A stretch of DNA of 64,000 nt from a bacterium (GTDB lineage: Bacteria > UBA8248). Below are positions 19,545 through 29,532 of the stretch, piece by piece (position 1 is the stretch's first letter; each line of letters starts with the position of its first letter). The notes under the pieces were generated by a model. It did not search any database. It had not been told where the DNA came from and saw nothing but the letters and a program-made list of their open reading frames with translations. The DNA lies in contig OZ242260.1 in assembly GCA_965207065.1 (NCBI GenBank), forward strand, positions 4,032,001 to 4,096,000. The letters are read 5' to 3'. A program made the translations under genes and the position numbers.

Positions 19545-20834
19545 ATGATATTGTCGGTCAAACCATCCATCGCCAAGGGGACCACAGGCGTACCCGGCTC
19601 GAAATCCCACTCCATCCGCGCCGTCGCGTTCGCTTCTCTTGCTTCCGGGAAAAGCACGATATCAAACCCCCTCGATTCTGAGGACGGCCTCTCTGCGGCG
19701 AGCGTTTACGGGAGTTTCGGCGCGGCGGTCCACAAGGAAAAAGACGTCTGGTCGGTGGAGGGTTTCGGCGCGCGGCCCGTAGCCCCGCAAGGGGTTCTCG
19801 ACGTTGGGAATTCGGGAACCACCTGCCGGATGGCGCTCGGCACCGCCGCCCTCTTGCGGGAGGGCGAAGCACGCTTCGACGGCGATTCCCAGACCAGAAA
19901 ACGCCCGATGGGGCCGCTGCTCGATGCGCTCTCGAACCTGGGCGCAAGGGCGCAGTCGACTGGCAGTGGGTATCTCCCCGTCACGGTAGGCGGCCCGTGG
20001 CGCGGCGGCCGGACGAAAGTCGACGGTACGACCAGCCAGTTCACTTCCTCCCTGCTCCTGAACGCGCCTTTCGGCGAGGAGACGACCACCATCGAGCCCA
20101 TTGACCTGAACGAGCGTCCATATGTGGAGATGACGCTGTGGTGGCTGGATCGCCTGGGTCTCAAATACGAACGCGATGAATACCGCAGCTTCACCGTTCC
20201 GGGCGGGCAGACGCTCTCGGGATTCGACGTCACCGTCCCTGCGGATTGGAGTTCCGCCGCCTTTTTGGTGGCAGCAGGCGCGCTGCCGGACGGCGACGTG
20301 ACGCTCGAGGGTCTGGACCTCGACGACTCACAGGGCGACAAGGAGATACTCCGATTCGTGGATGAAATGGGGGCGGATGTTCTCGTATCAGAAACCAGCA
20401 TCCGAATCCGAGGGAAGGCGCTACGCGGAGGGGAATTCGACTTGAACGCTACGCCTGACCTGCTGCCCGTCATGGCCGTGCTCGGCGCGTTCGCCGACGG
20501 AGAGACCAGGCTCGTCAACACGCCCCAGGCCCGCATCAAGGAGACAGATAGAATTTCCGCCATGCGTGAAGTCATCGAAACGCTGGGCGGCGAAGCGAGG
20601 GAACTGGCGGACGGCATCATCATCAAAGGCAGGGGGTTGAAAGGCGGGAAAGTTCACGGGTTCGGCGATCACCGCATCGTCATGTCCGCCGCCGTGGCCG
20701 GACTCGCTGCGCCGGAGGGGGTATCGGTCGACACGGCGGAGGCGATGGCGGTAACATTCCCTGATTTTTGCGAGCGCATGGCGTCGCTGGGCGCGGACAT
20801 GGAGACGAGGGATTCACACGATGCCGATTTATGA
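19545..20834 (+). CDS. aroA: 3-phosphoshikimate 1-carboxyvinyltransferase
   Basis: PGSKSHSIR, GNSGTTCR, SQFTSSLLL, RIKETDRI, GDHRIVMS. Confidence 0.95.
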   Translation: MILSVKPSIAKGTTGVPGSKSHSIRAVAFASLASGKSTISNPLDSEDGLSAASVYGSFGAAVHKEKDVWSVEGFGARPVAPQGVLDVGNSGTTCRMALGTAALLREGEARFDGDSQTRKRPMGPLLDALSNLGARAQSTGSGYLPVTVGGPWRGGRTKVDGTTSQFTSSLLLNAPFGEETTTIEPIDLNERPYVEMTLWWLDRLGLKYERDEYRSFTVPGGQTLSGFDVTVPADWSSAAFLVAAGALPDGDVTLEGLDLDDSQGDKEILRFVDEMGADVLVSETSIRIRGKALRGGEFDLNATPDLLPVMAVLGAFADGETRLVNTPQARIKETDRISAMREVIETLGGEARELADGIIIKGRGLKGGKVHGFGDHRIVMSAAVAGLAAPEGVSVDTAEAMAVTFPDFCERMASLGADMETRDSHDADL

Positions 20835-21153
20835 ATACGAGTGCAGGGAATGCGGCTTCATCTCCGGCCATCTGGTGATGAAGCCATCGGACAGGAGAAA
20901 GCTCACCTGCCGCTCCTGCGGGAACAAGAGGCTGAGAAAAATCATGTCGCGCTTCTCCTCGCATCAGACCGAAGCCCAGCGGCTAGATTCGTTCGACCCG
21001 TCGAAGCCGCAGGACGGCTCTTTCTACAAGGACGATCGCAACATCGGGCTCTGGGCGCAGAAGCGCGCCCAGCAGCTGGGCGTCGACCTGGGCGATTCTT
21101 TTGGTGAAACCCTGGAAAAGGGGCGTTCGAAAAAAATTCTCGATAATCTCTGA
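20821..21153 (+). CDS. FmdB-family zinc-ribbon protein
   Basis: MPIYEYECRECG...CRSCG. Confidence 0.88.
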   Translation: MPIYEYECRECGFISGHLVMKPSDRRKLTCRSCGNKRLRKIMSRFSSHQTEAQRLDSFDPSKPQDGSFYKDDRNIGLWAQKRAQQLGVDLGDSFGETLEKGRSKKILDNL

Positions 21154-21160
21154 GGCCATC

Positions 21161-21841
21161 TTGAGCAACGATACGAAGATGAGCGAGGCGCTTCGCGCCG
21201 AGGCGGAGCCGCTTTGGGAAAAAATTCATGCGCACCCCTTCGTGCGCGGCATCGGAGACGGCACGCTGCCGATGGAGCAGTTCCGCTTCTATATGCGCCA
21301 GGATTATATTTTTTTGAAGGAATACAGCCGCGTCACCGCCCTGGCCGTCGTGAAGGCCCCCGAACTGACGGAGATGGGGCGTTTCGCCGATCTTTTGAAC
21401 GCCACCCTGAATGCCGAGATGGAACTCCACCGGGGGTTCGCGGCGAAATTCGGAATCTCGGCTGATGAGATAGAGGCGACGGAGCCGGCGCCAACGTGTA
21501 AGGGATACACTGATTTCCTGCTCGAGGCGGCCTATGCGGGCACGTTCGGAGAGATCGCCGCCGCCATGCTCCCCTGTCAGTGGGATTACGCCATCATCGG
21601 TGAGTTGCTCGCCGCCAGGGGCATTCCCGAGAACGCGCCGCTCCACGCCGAGTGGATAGAAACCTATGCGTCTGATGAATTCGCGCAACTCGCCCGCTGG
21701 CTGCGCGATATGTTCGATGAGGCCGCATCGACGGCAGGTCCCGCCGAGCGCGAGCGGATGCGCGCGCATTTTCTGATGGGCACGCGGTATGAATACCTCT
21801 TCTGGGATATGAGCTGGAAGATGGAGGAGTGGCCCCTGTAG
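21161..21841 (+). CDS. tenA: Thiaminase II
   Basis: HPFVRGIGDGTL, FYMRQDYIFL, catalytic LPCQW, EYLFWDM; start is TTG 21161 or ATG 21179. Confidence 0.92.
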   Translation: MSNDTKMSEALRAEAEPLWEKIHAHPFVRGIGDGTLPMEQFRFYMRQDYIFLKEYSRVTALAVVKAPELTEMGRFADLLNATLNAEMELHRGFAAKFGISADEIEATEPAPTCKGYTDFLLEAAYAGTFGEIAAAMLPCQWDYAIIGELLAARGIPENAPLHAEWIETYASDEFAQLARWLRDMFDEAASTAGPAERERMRAHFLMGTRYEYLFWDMSWKMEEWPL

Positions 21842-21869
21842 CCCCCAGGCCCGCCTGTCGAGAGAATAT

Positions 21870-22403
21870 ATGAGCCCCGGAACGCGAACAGACATGCCCA
21901 ATCCTCCGCGATGCGCCTGGGCGGAGGGCGACCCGGTGATGGAGAAATACCACGACGAGGAATGGGGGTTTCCCGTCCGTACGACCCGGAAACACTTTGA
22001 GCAACTCACGCTGGAAATCTTTCAGGCGGGCCTCTCCTGGCGCACGATACTGCACAAGCGCGAGGCGTTCAGAATTGAGTTCGCGCGGTTCTCGCCCGAG
22101 AAGGTCGCCCGTTTCACCGGGAAGGACATCGAGCGCATCCTCGGGAACCCGGGCGTGGTGCGGAATCGCAAGAAAATCGAGGCGGCCATCGAGAACGCCG
22201 GGAGATTCCTCGCCATCCAGAAAGAACACGGCTCGTTCAACCGCTATCTCGCCTCCCTGCCGGACGATCTTCCCGCATTGCAAAAGATATTCCGCGCGGA
22301 ATTCGCCTTCATGGGACCCAAAATCGCCGAAGCCTACCTCGAGAGCGTCGGCAGGATACCCGCACCCCACGACCCGCGCTGCTGGCGTTTTGTAAAAACA
22401 TGA
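21870..22403 (+). CDS. tag: DNA-3-methyladenine glycosylase I
   Basis: RCAW, YHDEEWG, FQAGLSW, VRNRKKIEA, H...CW; the start may instead be 21894. Confidence 0.92.
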   Translation: MSPGTRTDMPNPPRCAWAEGDPVMEKYHDEEWGFPVRTTRKHFEQLTLEIFQAGLSWRTILHKREAFRIEFARFSPEKVARFTGKDIERILGNPGVVRNRKKIEAAIENAGRFLAIQKEHGSFNRYLASLPDDLPALQKIFRAEFAFMGPKIAEAYLESVGRIPAPHDPRCWRFVKT

Positions 22404-22519
22404 TTCCATTTGATATCAATTAGTTAGCGATTGACAATTAAAGTGTTTCCCGCCTTTCCCCCCGCCCTTCCGCCTGTGCTCTTTTCTGAAGACCCCGGGG
22501 CCGCAAGCCGCCCTTGCCG

Positions 22520-22680
22520 CGCAAATCCCCGCATTTGCCGTTATCGGGAGATTCGCCGTCCGTGGCAGAATTTTCCTGCGCCCGGATTCGGCGGCGTCAA
22601 TTCCCAAGGATTTTAATTGTCGGAAATTTATCGAATAACCCCGTGAATTTATCTGTATTTATCTATATTTTCGGAAATTC
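22520..22680 (+). repeat. Conserved non-coding element, copy 2
   Basis: See copy 1 at 17161-17310; weaker similarity extends to about 22445-22705. Confidence 0.85.
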
Positions 22681-22901
22681 CGGTTCGTCTCATATCACGG
22701 GAAACAGCGCGGACGATACCATGCGCGCACCGCTCCACCGCCGACCCCGAGGCCGCCATCGAACGCTGCCTCGAAACCCGTAACCGCGATCCCCGGCCGT
22801 TTCACCGGACAAAGGCCGGCCGGCGGCGTCCTGGCTTCCACCGAACGCTTCCGCCGAAGGACGCCCGGCGTCCGGGAGAAAGTGGAACAACAACTCCTGA
22901 A

Positions 22902-23169
22902 TCAGGACGCTAGATCGAGAGCCAGCCGCCGTCGATCGCCAGCGTGTGGCCGGTCACCATCGAGGAGGCGGGGCTCGCGAGGTAGAGGATGCCGCCGGCG
23001 ATTTCCTCGGGCTCGCCGAGCCGGCCGAGCGGCGTGCGCGCCCTGATCTCGTCTTCGAGCCCGGGCCGGCGCTGACGCAGGTCGGCGCCGAGATTGGTGT
23101 AGAAGAAGGTCGGCGCGATGGCGTTCACCCGGATGCCCCGGCCCGCCCATTCGACGGCGAGCGAGCGGG
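22902..23169 (-). pseudogene. 268-bp duplicate of the 3' end of the SDR gene at 29541-30335 (left direct repeat)
   Basis: Aligns without gaps to 29533-29800, with 6 substitutions by manual count. Confidence 0.95.
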
Positions 23170-23482
23170 GGCGTAAGAACCTCCATGAATTCCTTCTCTG
23201 GAGTCTCTCCGGAAACCTCGGCGTTAATACCGAACTACAAGGACCAATCGGGTAATTTTAATTGCCTTATCAGCTAGTGACGGCATATATAGTGTATGAC
23301 TTTGTGGCACCTGAACATTTCTTGCCATAGCCTGAAGGTGTCAATCGAATCGGGTTAACTCCAACATGACATTCCAAAATTGGATATGTATTATTAATCG
23401 AAATGAGACAGTTCCATAATGACAACTTGCTAAGGTGATGCAGGTAAATTTTGCATGTAGATAGTAAAGAGGATTAACTAAA

Positions 23483-26400
23483 GTGAGAGACGTGATCGAT
23501 ATAAACGAGCACATCATCAATCAGATTGCCGACTTCCGTCGGTTGCTTCTTGGGCTAACGCTGCGTAATCCACTACTATCCTGTCCACATGGCCAAAATG
23601 TTAAAACTCAAGTCCGTATTGTCGACGAATTGCCGGATGCAGTATTCGATCGCCTCACAAGTGACGGTGAGTTCGAGTTTGAGCCGTTGCCGGAACCTCG
23701 GAACACCCCCGACGACGAGGACGATGAAGAGTTCAAGCAGGCACTTTCAGACTACAAGAGAAGCAGTCTGGCTCACCAACAAGCGCTCAAGCAGCTTAAA
23801 CAATCAAACCAGGGAACCGAGCCCCTTGAAAAACTGGAACGCGAGGCACGCGATTATGTCCGCCTCTTGTTGGAACGAGGCAAGTGGGAGCCCGAGCAAG
23901 GTCTTTCGCAAGAGGCCTTGGCGCGGCGCCACGGAATCAATCCGTCTTATGAGCTGCCGTCCTCTGATCGGGAAGAACAAATCGAGCGGCACCATGACGA
24001 CACTCTGCAAACGCTGTTCTCCGAGCAGGACCTGATCCCACGGCTGCGGAGGCTCCGAGAGCGTGCCCGGTCGGATCTGCGGGACCGTGGCGTGGGCACT
24101 TTGTTTGCCGCTTTTGGGTTCCTCGAATGGTACGAGGACGACGCTTCACAAAGGGTGCACTTGGCACCGCTGGTCCTCGTACCAGTAGAACTAGACCGAG
24201 CGTCTCGCAACAACCGTCAAGTCTACAAACTTCGCGCGACTGACGAAAAACCGAAGAGCAATGCCACGCTCGCGGAATATCTGAACCAGAAATTTGAAGT
24301 AGAGCTGCCTGAACTGACCGACGATGATTCACCGGAGAGTTATTTCAAGAAAATCGAAGACTTTGTGTCGAAATTCCAGCGTTGGCGCATGCGCCGCTTC
24401 CTGACGATCCACATTTTTACGGACGCCAAGCTTGCCATATACACCGATCTCGACTGGGATGCCTGGCCAGATGATGACACGTTGTCGAAGCATGATGGCA
24501 TACGCCAGTTGATGTCCGAGACCGGTGTTGCGGATGTTTCCTACGTGGAAGGCCACGATATCGACGGAGACCAAACCGCGTTTCGATTTCCGACGCTTAT
24601 CTGCGATGCTGACTCATCTCAGCATAGCGCAATTGTTGATGCCCTAGATAAAGGCAACCTGACAATATACGGACCTCCCGGAACCGGCAAGTCGCAAACA
24701 ATTACAAACCTCATTGCCGCAGCCTTGGATGCCGGAAAGACTGTGTTGTTTGTAGCGGAAAAGCTGACAGCGCTTGATGTTGTCCACAAGAAATTGTGCG
24801 AAGCGGGACTTGATCGTTTTTGCTTTGTTCTGCATTCGGGCGGGATTCGTAGAGAAGCTGTTCGTCGAGCTTTACGCAAGCGCGTAGACGCGATGCCCCC
24901 GGATTTCGACCAAGCCACTTATGAAAATCTCAGGAATGACTGGGAGGCTCAAAGGAATGCGTTGAAGCTCTATGCATCGATCATGGGAGATCGAATAGGC
25001 GAACTTGGAATCACCGTTCACGAAGTCCTGTGGGAAGAAATTCGGAGGCGGGAAGCGGGTAAATCCCTTTCGCCGAACATCGCAATGATTAGGCTACCGA
25101 AAACAGACGCCCTAGCACTCACAGCGAACGGTCTTCAAGGAACGAAACGAAAGATAGGCGACCTCGTGTCAGCGTATGAGGCGCTCGGTGAGTCGGGGAC
25201 ACGACCATGGCGCGGAATCATGGGCGCGAACCTTCCACCAACTGAGGTTGATCCAACACGCCATCGACTTGCCACTTGGCGGGAAGCAGTCAGCAGTCTC
25301 GCGGTAAAAGCGGCATGTTTGTCAGATACTATTGATCCGATGAGTCTCGATGGTATCGATCAAGTCATCTACGCAACAATGTTACTGGTGGATTACGCCG
25401 GATTGGGCTGTAAGTACGACCTTGCGACGCTGGCTTCCAAGGATACCCAACGCGCGGTGATAGCAGCCAACGACGCCGAGACGAGGGCATCAAATTACGC
25501 CCGTACAATATGCGAAAGATTCAGTCTCGACCCGGCTGAACTGTCGGCTACGGTCGAGGGTTTTCGCTCGATAGCGGATGAAGCATCCGCACTGGACTGC
25601 GCCGATCAGACAGTGGGTAAGCTAGCCAGCTTAGCTGAATCAAACCGCCTTAAGGCTGACGAACTTGTTCAAGTAAACTCCGCCATCGAATGTCTGTGCC
25701 GTCTGTTCGATATTGCCGAGCCTGAAGCCGGATCGGTCCAAACTATCGCGCAAGCCATGACCGTCATAAGACAGACTACTCGTTCGCTCTTGCTCTCAAG
25801 AAAGGGTGAATGGGTTGAAGAAGGTGCCCATATGTATTTAGCGGAACTGGAGGCTTCGATAAAGAAAAAGCGCCTGGAAGGAGAGACTCTTGACAAGCAG
25901 TTCAACATGAAGGAGCTCCCTAGCTCATCTGAACTTCGAGTAGCCGGTCAAAGACTGAAACAGTCGCGTACTCCAAGGTGGTTGTCTTCACAGTCAAGAC
26001 GCGCCGTAAAACTATATCGTGGGCTCGCTCGCGAGCGCAGAAAGGTCGACACCGAGACAATGGCTTATGATCTTCTGCGCTTGTCCGAGTACGCGGACGA
26101 GGTTGCGTCACTACAAGTAGATGAAAAGGGGAATGCGCTTTTTAGCGACCGCTGGCAGGGGGTAGATACCGATTTTCGCGAAGCCATGGAGGTGGCTGAC
26201 TGGGCCGCTAAGATAGCCAGGGACTTCTCAGGTATCGGGGAAGGCCGCGCCGAAATTCGTCATAAGCTGCTTCACGGCGGTGTGGATATCCTGGATGAGA
26301 TTATCCACATACTAAATGGCCTTGGGGACTTGCGCGTCGAAAACCACTACCCGACAGTGGGCGGTCCAATTGGCGACCCAAAAGACTTGATGGAGCGCGC

Positions 26401-29400
26401 TCTACGAATCGATACGCTTGCTGATCTTTCCAAGAAAGCTGGTTTGCCAGAAGATTTTCAGTTGAGTGACACCAATGCAGTCGCTGACTTAATCGCTCAT
26501 TACCGTCAAGAGCATGCGGCCGCGCAGGAAATTCCGGTTCCACGCCTGGACGGTGGTACAGCGACGAATGATGAAACTGCAGGTAACCTCGCAAAACTCT
26601 GCTCTACCATCCATGAAAAAGAGCTAACCGCAGAAGTTTGGCGCGCGGCCAATAAGGCGTATGCCGAGTATGGACCGGACAAGACCGGCGAATGGCTTGA
26701 GAATCTCCAGAACGCAGTCGTTGAGGAAGAAGAAGCATGGGACGCCTGGGCTTCCCCACTTGAAGTGAATGAAACAAAATTTTTCGACGGCGTCGAACGA
26801 AACGCTATACCATTGGACGTCATGCGTCAGCGAGCCGATCAGTGCCTAGATGGTGGGAACACAATTATTGAATGGTGCCGTTACCGACGCATTTGGGACG
26901 ACATCCTTTATACCGAGGCGAAGCCGCTTCTGGAATCCTTCGAACAAAGCAAAATCGAAGTTGGGCAGTTACCCATCGCTTACGAAATGGCCCTTTACCG
27001 GTCTCTAGCCTCCATCATTTTTCATAAGTATCCTAGGCTTGAACAACTTACGGGCGAGCAACTTCATAATCACAAGCAAGCCTATTGTGAAACTGAAGAG
27101 AACCTCCAGAAATTGGAATGCGCGCGTATTGCCAATGAGCTTCATCATCGCCCTGTGGAGCGTGGAATATCGACAGGGCCGCCAAGTACTCTCACGGAAC
27201 GAGCGCTTATCAATCATCAACTAGACGTGCGTGGTGCGAAAGTATCGCCCCGCGACTTGATAAATCGGTCGGGCAAGGCCCTCCGTCAGCTCAAACCGTG
27301 TTTCATGATGTCGCCCACGACCGTGTCAGAGTTACTACCGAGAGAATCGGAACTTTTTGATCTGGTCGTGATCGATGAGGCGTCACAAATGCTGCCTGCG
27401 GACGCCTTGGGGGCCATCGCCCGCGCGAGAAGCGCAGTGATTGTCGGAGATCCGCAACAGCTTCCGCCGACGGCATTCTTTCAAGGCGTTCTGGCCGGAA
27501 CTGACGGAGACGATGGGCTCGCGACAGCCTCGGAATCAATCCTTGATCTCGCGATGTCGGCTTGGCGCCCACATCGACATCTGCGATGGCACTATCGCTC
27601 TCGCCACAGTGCGTTGATCCAGTTCTCGAATTTCAAATTCTACGATAACCGATTGCTCGTATTCCCCGGCCCTGATGAAGGCGCATCTGATGACGGAGTC
27701 AATTTCCGTTATATCGACAATGGAATCTATTTGGATGACCGAACAAACATTCTTGAGGCAGAGCGTATTGTAGAGGCGGTGCTCGCTTTCACGGCAGATA
27801 GAGATAACTGGAAGCGCAGCCTCGCTGTCGTCACTATGAATCAACCTCAGCGCGACCTCTTGGATGAGATGTTGGATAAGGAGGCTTCGGAAAACGATTC
27901 GCTCGCCGGTTACATTCGCCGATGGGAAAACGAACTCGAACCGCTCACGGTTAAGAATCTGGAAAGTGTTCAGGGTGACGAGCGTGACGTTATCTTCATC
28001 TCGACCGTTTACGGACCCCGAACCCCGGGAGGCCCTGTGTCGCAGCAGTTTGGCCCAATAACACAGCAAGGTGGGGAGCGGCGTCTGAACGTTTTGTTCA
28101 CGCGTGCCCGTTGGCGTATCGACCTTTTTTCTTCGATGCGCGCCAACGATATTCACCCGCATCCTGGAGCGCATCGCGGGATAGAAATTTTGCGCGATTA
28201 TCTGGAATACGCAGCGACTGGCCGTATAGAATCCGGCACATCAACGGGTAAGCCAACCGAGAGCCCATTTGAGGAGCATGTCAAGGAGAAGCTGGAGGTG
28301 GCGGGATACGACATCACACCGCAGGTGGGCGTCGCTGGCTACCGCATCGACCTTGGTGTCAAGCACACCGACTACCCGGACGGCTTTCTGCTAGGTGTCG
28401 AATGCGACGGCGCAACCTACCACTCCGCAAAATCTGTTCGTGACCGCGACCGACTGCGCGAAGCCGTTCTTCGCGGCCTCGGTTGGGACATCTACCGCAT
28501 ATGGTCCACCGACTGGTTCAGTGACACCGGCCGAGAGATGGAAAGACTGCTTGACTATCTTCAGAGAAAATTAACCGAGTTACGAGAAGGACGCGAGACC
28601 GGGGAACCCGAGTTGGAGGGTACCGTTGTCGAAGAAGTTGAAGTCCTGGAAGAAGTCAGGGACATCACGGGTGAGGCGATAGTAGACAGGGATGTACCTG
28701 AGGACGCTTCCGATAGATTGCTGGAACCCGAGATTGTTGAGGTTGGCGATACCGTCTTTTATCGTAGAAATGTAAATGACGCGGAAGTTCGCAAAGTGGT
28801 CATCGTCGCCGGACCTAACGATCCGGACAAGGGCATGATCAACGAAACCAAACCATTCGCCCGGGCCGTACTTGGACGATGCCGTGGCGAAGTAGTTACC
28901 GTCAATCAACAAAACAGTCATGCCGAGCTTGTGATCGAGAGAGTTTTCAAGGGGCAGTTGCCCGCTGGTGATAAGATACTGGATTCCGGGCAACCTGAGT
29001 TATTTCCTAGTGGAAACGGCATACGTGCATATCACGGTTGGCATGGCAGCGCTCCGGATCCGAGAAGTATATCGACTAAGGATTTGGCTAACACCCTTAG
29101 AGAGATAATTGAAACAGAAGGGCCGATACTCACCGATCGCCTCTACCGTGTTTATATGCGGTCAAGCAGATTGGGAAGAGCTGGTCGCCAGGTCAGAACA
29201 AGTCTAAATCAAGCTCTGAAGAGACTTGAAAATCAGGGTATCGTTACCATCGAAAAGAAAGGTCCGGGTAGTGGCTATGCGGAGGCGACAATCCGAATGG
29301 CGGATAGTCCGGCCGTTATCATGCGAGACCGTGGCGACCGAAATTTGGATGAAATCCCGATAGATGAGCTGGCCCAAGTATATCGTCTAATCCGGTCTGA

Positions 29401-29515
29401 GAGTCACGGTGGTGATGAGGATTCGATATTTCGCGAGGTTTTAGCTCGCTATGGACTTACTCGCATGACCACTAACGTTCGAGGACGATTGAAGGAAGCC
29501 GCGCAACAGATGTAG
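23483..29515 (+). CDS. DUF4011 - SF1 helicase - Vsr/DUF559-like nuclease - GreA/B C-terminal-like - DUF3320-like protein (Hhe-like anti-phage protein)
   Basis: LLGLTLRNPLL, APLVLVPVEL, Walker A GPPGTGKSQTI, IDEASQ, VGDPQQLPP, WHYRS, VQGDERD, RLNVLFTRAR, ESPFE...GVECDGATYH...RDRDRLR...LGW..YRIWSTDW; lower GC. Confidence 0.88.
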   Translation: MRDVIDINEHIINQIADFRRLLLGLTLRNPLLSCPHGQNVKTQVRIVDELPDAVFDRLTSDGEFEFEPLPEPRNTPDDEDDEEFKQALSDYKRSSLAHQQALKQLKQSNQGTEPLEKLEREARDYVRLLLERGKWEPEQGLSQEALARRHGINPSYELPSSDREEQIERHHDDTLQTLFSEQDLIPRLRRLRERARSDLRDRGVGTLFAAFGFLEWYEDDASQRVHLAPLVLVPVELDRASRNNRQVYKLRATDEKPKSNATLAEYLNQKFEVELPELTDDDSPESYFKKIEDFVSKFQRWRMRRFLTIHIFTDAKLAIYTDLDWDAWPDDDTLSKHDGIRQLMSETGVADVSYVEGHDIDGDQTAFRFPTLICDADSSQHSAIVDALDKGNLTIYGPPGTGKSQTITNLIAAALDAGKTVLFVAEKLTALDVVHKKLCEAGLDRFCFVLHSGGIRREAVRRALRKRVDAMPPDFDQATYENLRNDWEAQRNALKLYASIMGDRIGELGITVHEVLWEEIRRREAGKSLSPNIAMIRLPKTDALALTANGLQGTKRKIGDLVSAYEALGESGTRPWRGIMGANLPPTEVDPTRHRLATWREAVSSLAVKAACLSDTIDPMSLDGIDQVIYATMLLVDYAGLGCKYDLATLASKDTQRAVIAANDAETRASNYARTICERFSLDPAELSATVEGFRSIADEASALDCADQTVGKLASLAESNRLKADELVQVNSAIECLCRLFDIAEPEAGSVQTIAQAMTVIRQTTRSLLLSRKGEWVEEGAHMYLAELEASIKKKRLEGETLDKQFNMKELPSSSELRVAGQRLKQSRTPRWLSSQSRRAVKLYRGLARERRKVDTETMAYDLLRLSEYADEVASLQVDEKGNALFSDRWQGVDTDFREAMEVADWAAKIARDFSGIGEGRAEIRHKLLHGGVDILDEIIHILNGLGDLRVENHYPTVGGPIGDPKDLMERALRIDTLADLSKKAGLPEDFQLSDTNAVADLIAHYRQEHAAAQEIPVPRLDGGTATNDETAGNLAKLCSTIHEKELTAEVWRAANKAYAEYGPDKTGEWLENLQNAVVEEEEAWDAWASPLEVNETKFFDGVERNAIPLDVMRQRADQCLDGGNTIIEWCRYRRIWDDILYTEAKPLLESFEQSKIEVGQLPIAYEMALYRSLASIIFHKYPRLEQLTGEQLHNHKQAYCETEENLQKLECARIANELHHRPVERGISTGPPSTLTERALINHQLDVRGAKVSPRDLINRSGKALRQLKPCFMMSPTTVSELLPRESELFDLVVIDEASQMLPADALGAIARARSAVIVGDPQQLPPTAFFQGVLAGTDGDDGLATASESILDLAMSAWRPHRHLRWHYRSRHSALIQFSNFKFYDNRLLVFPGPDEGASDDGVNFRYIDNGIYLDDRTNILEAERIVEAVLAFTADRDNWKRSLAVVTMNQPQRDLLDEMLDKEASENDSLAGYIRRWENELEPLTVKNLESVQGDERDVIFISTVYGPRTPGGPVSQQFGPITQQGGERRLNVLFTRARWRIDLFSSMRANDIHPHPGAHRGIEILRDYLEYAATGRIESGTSTGKPTESPFEEHVKEKLEVAGYDITPQVGVAGYRIDLGVKHTDYPDGFLLGVECDGATYHSAKSVRDRDRLREAVLRGLGWDIYRIWSTDWFSDTGREMERLLDYLQRKLTELREGRETGEPELEGTVVEEVEVLEEVRDITGEAIVDRDVPEDASDRLLEPEIVEVGDTVFYRRNVNDAEVRKVVIVAGPNDPDKGMINETKPFARAVLGRCRGEVVTVNQQNSHAELVIERVFKGQLPAGDKILDSGQPELFPSGNGIRAYHGWHGSAPDPRSISTKDLANTLREIIETEGPILTDRLYRVYMRSSRLGRAGRQVRTSLNQALKRLENQGIVTIEKKGPGSGYAEATIRMADSPAVIMRDRGDRNLDEIPIDELAQVYRLIRSESHGGDEDSIFREVLARYGLTRMTTNVRGRLKEAAQQM

Positions 29516-29532
29516 AAATTTGTTACAGCTAC

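Noticed and set aside
22910-23128. 72-aa SDR-like ORF as a functional gene
   Set aside because: It lacks the Rossmann and YxxxK motifs; it is the duplicated gene tail.
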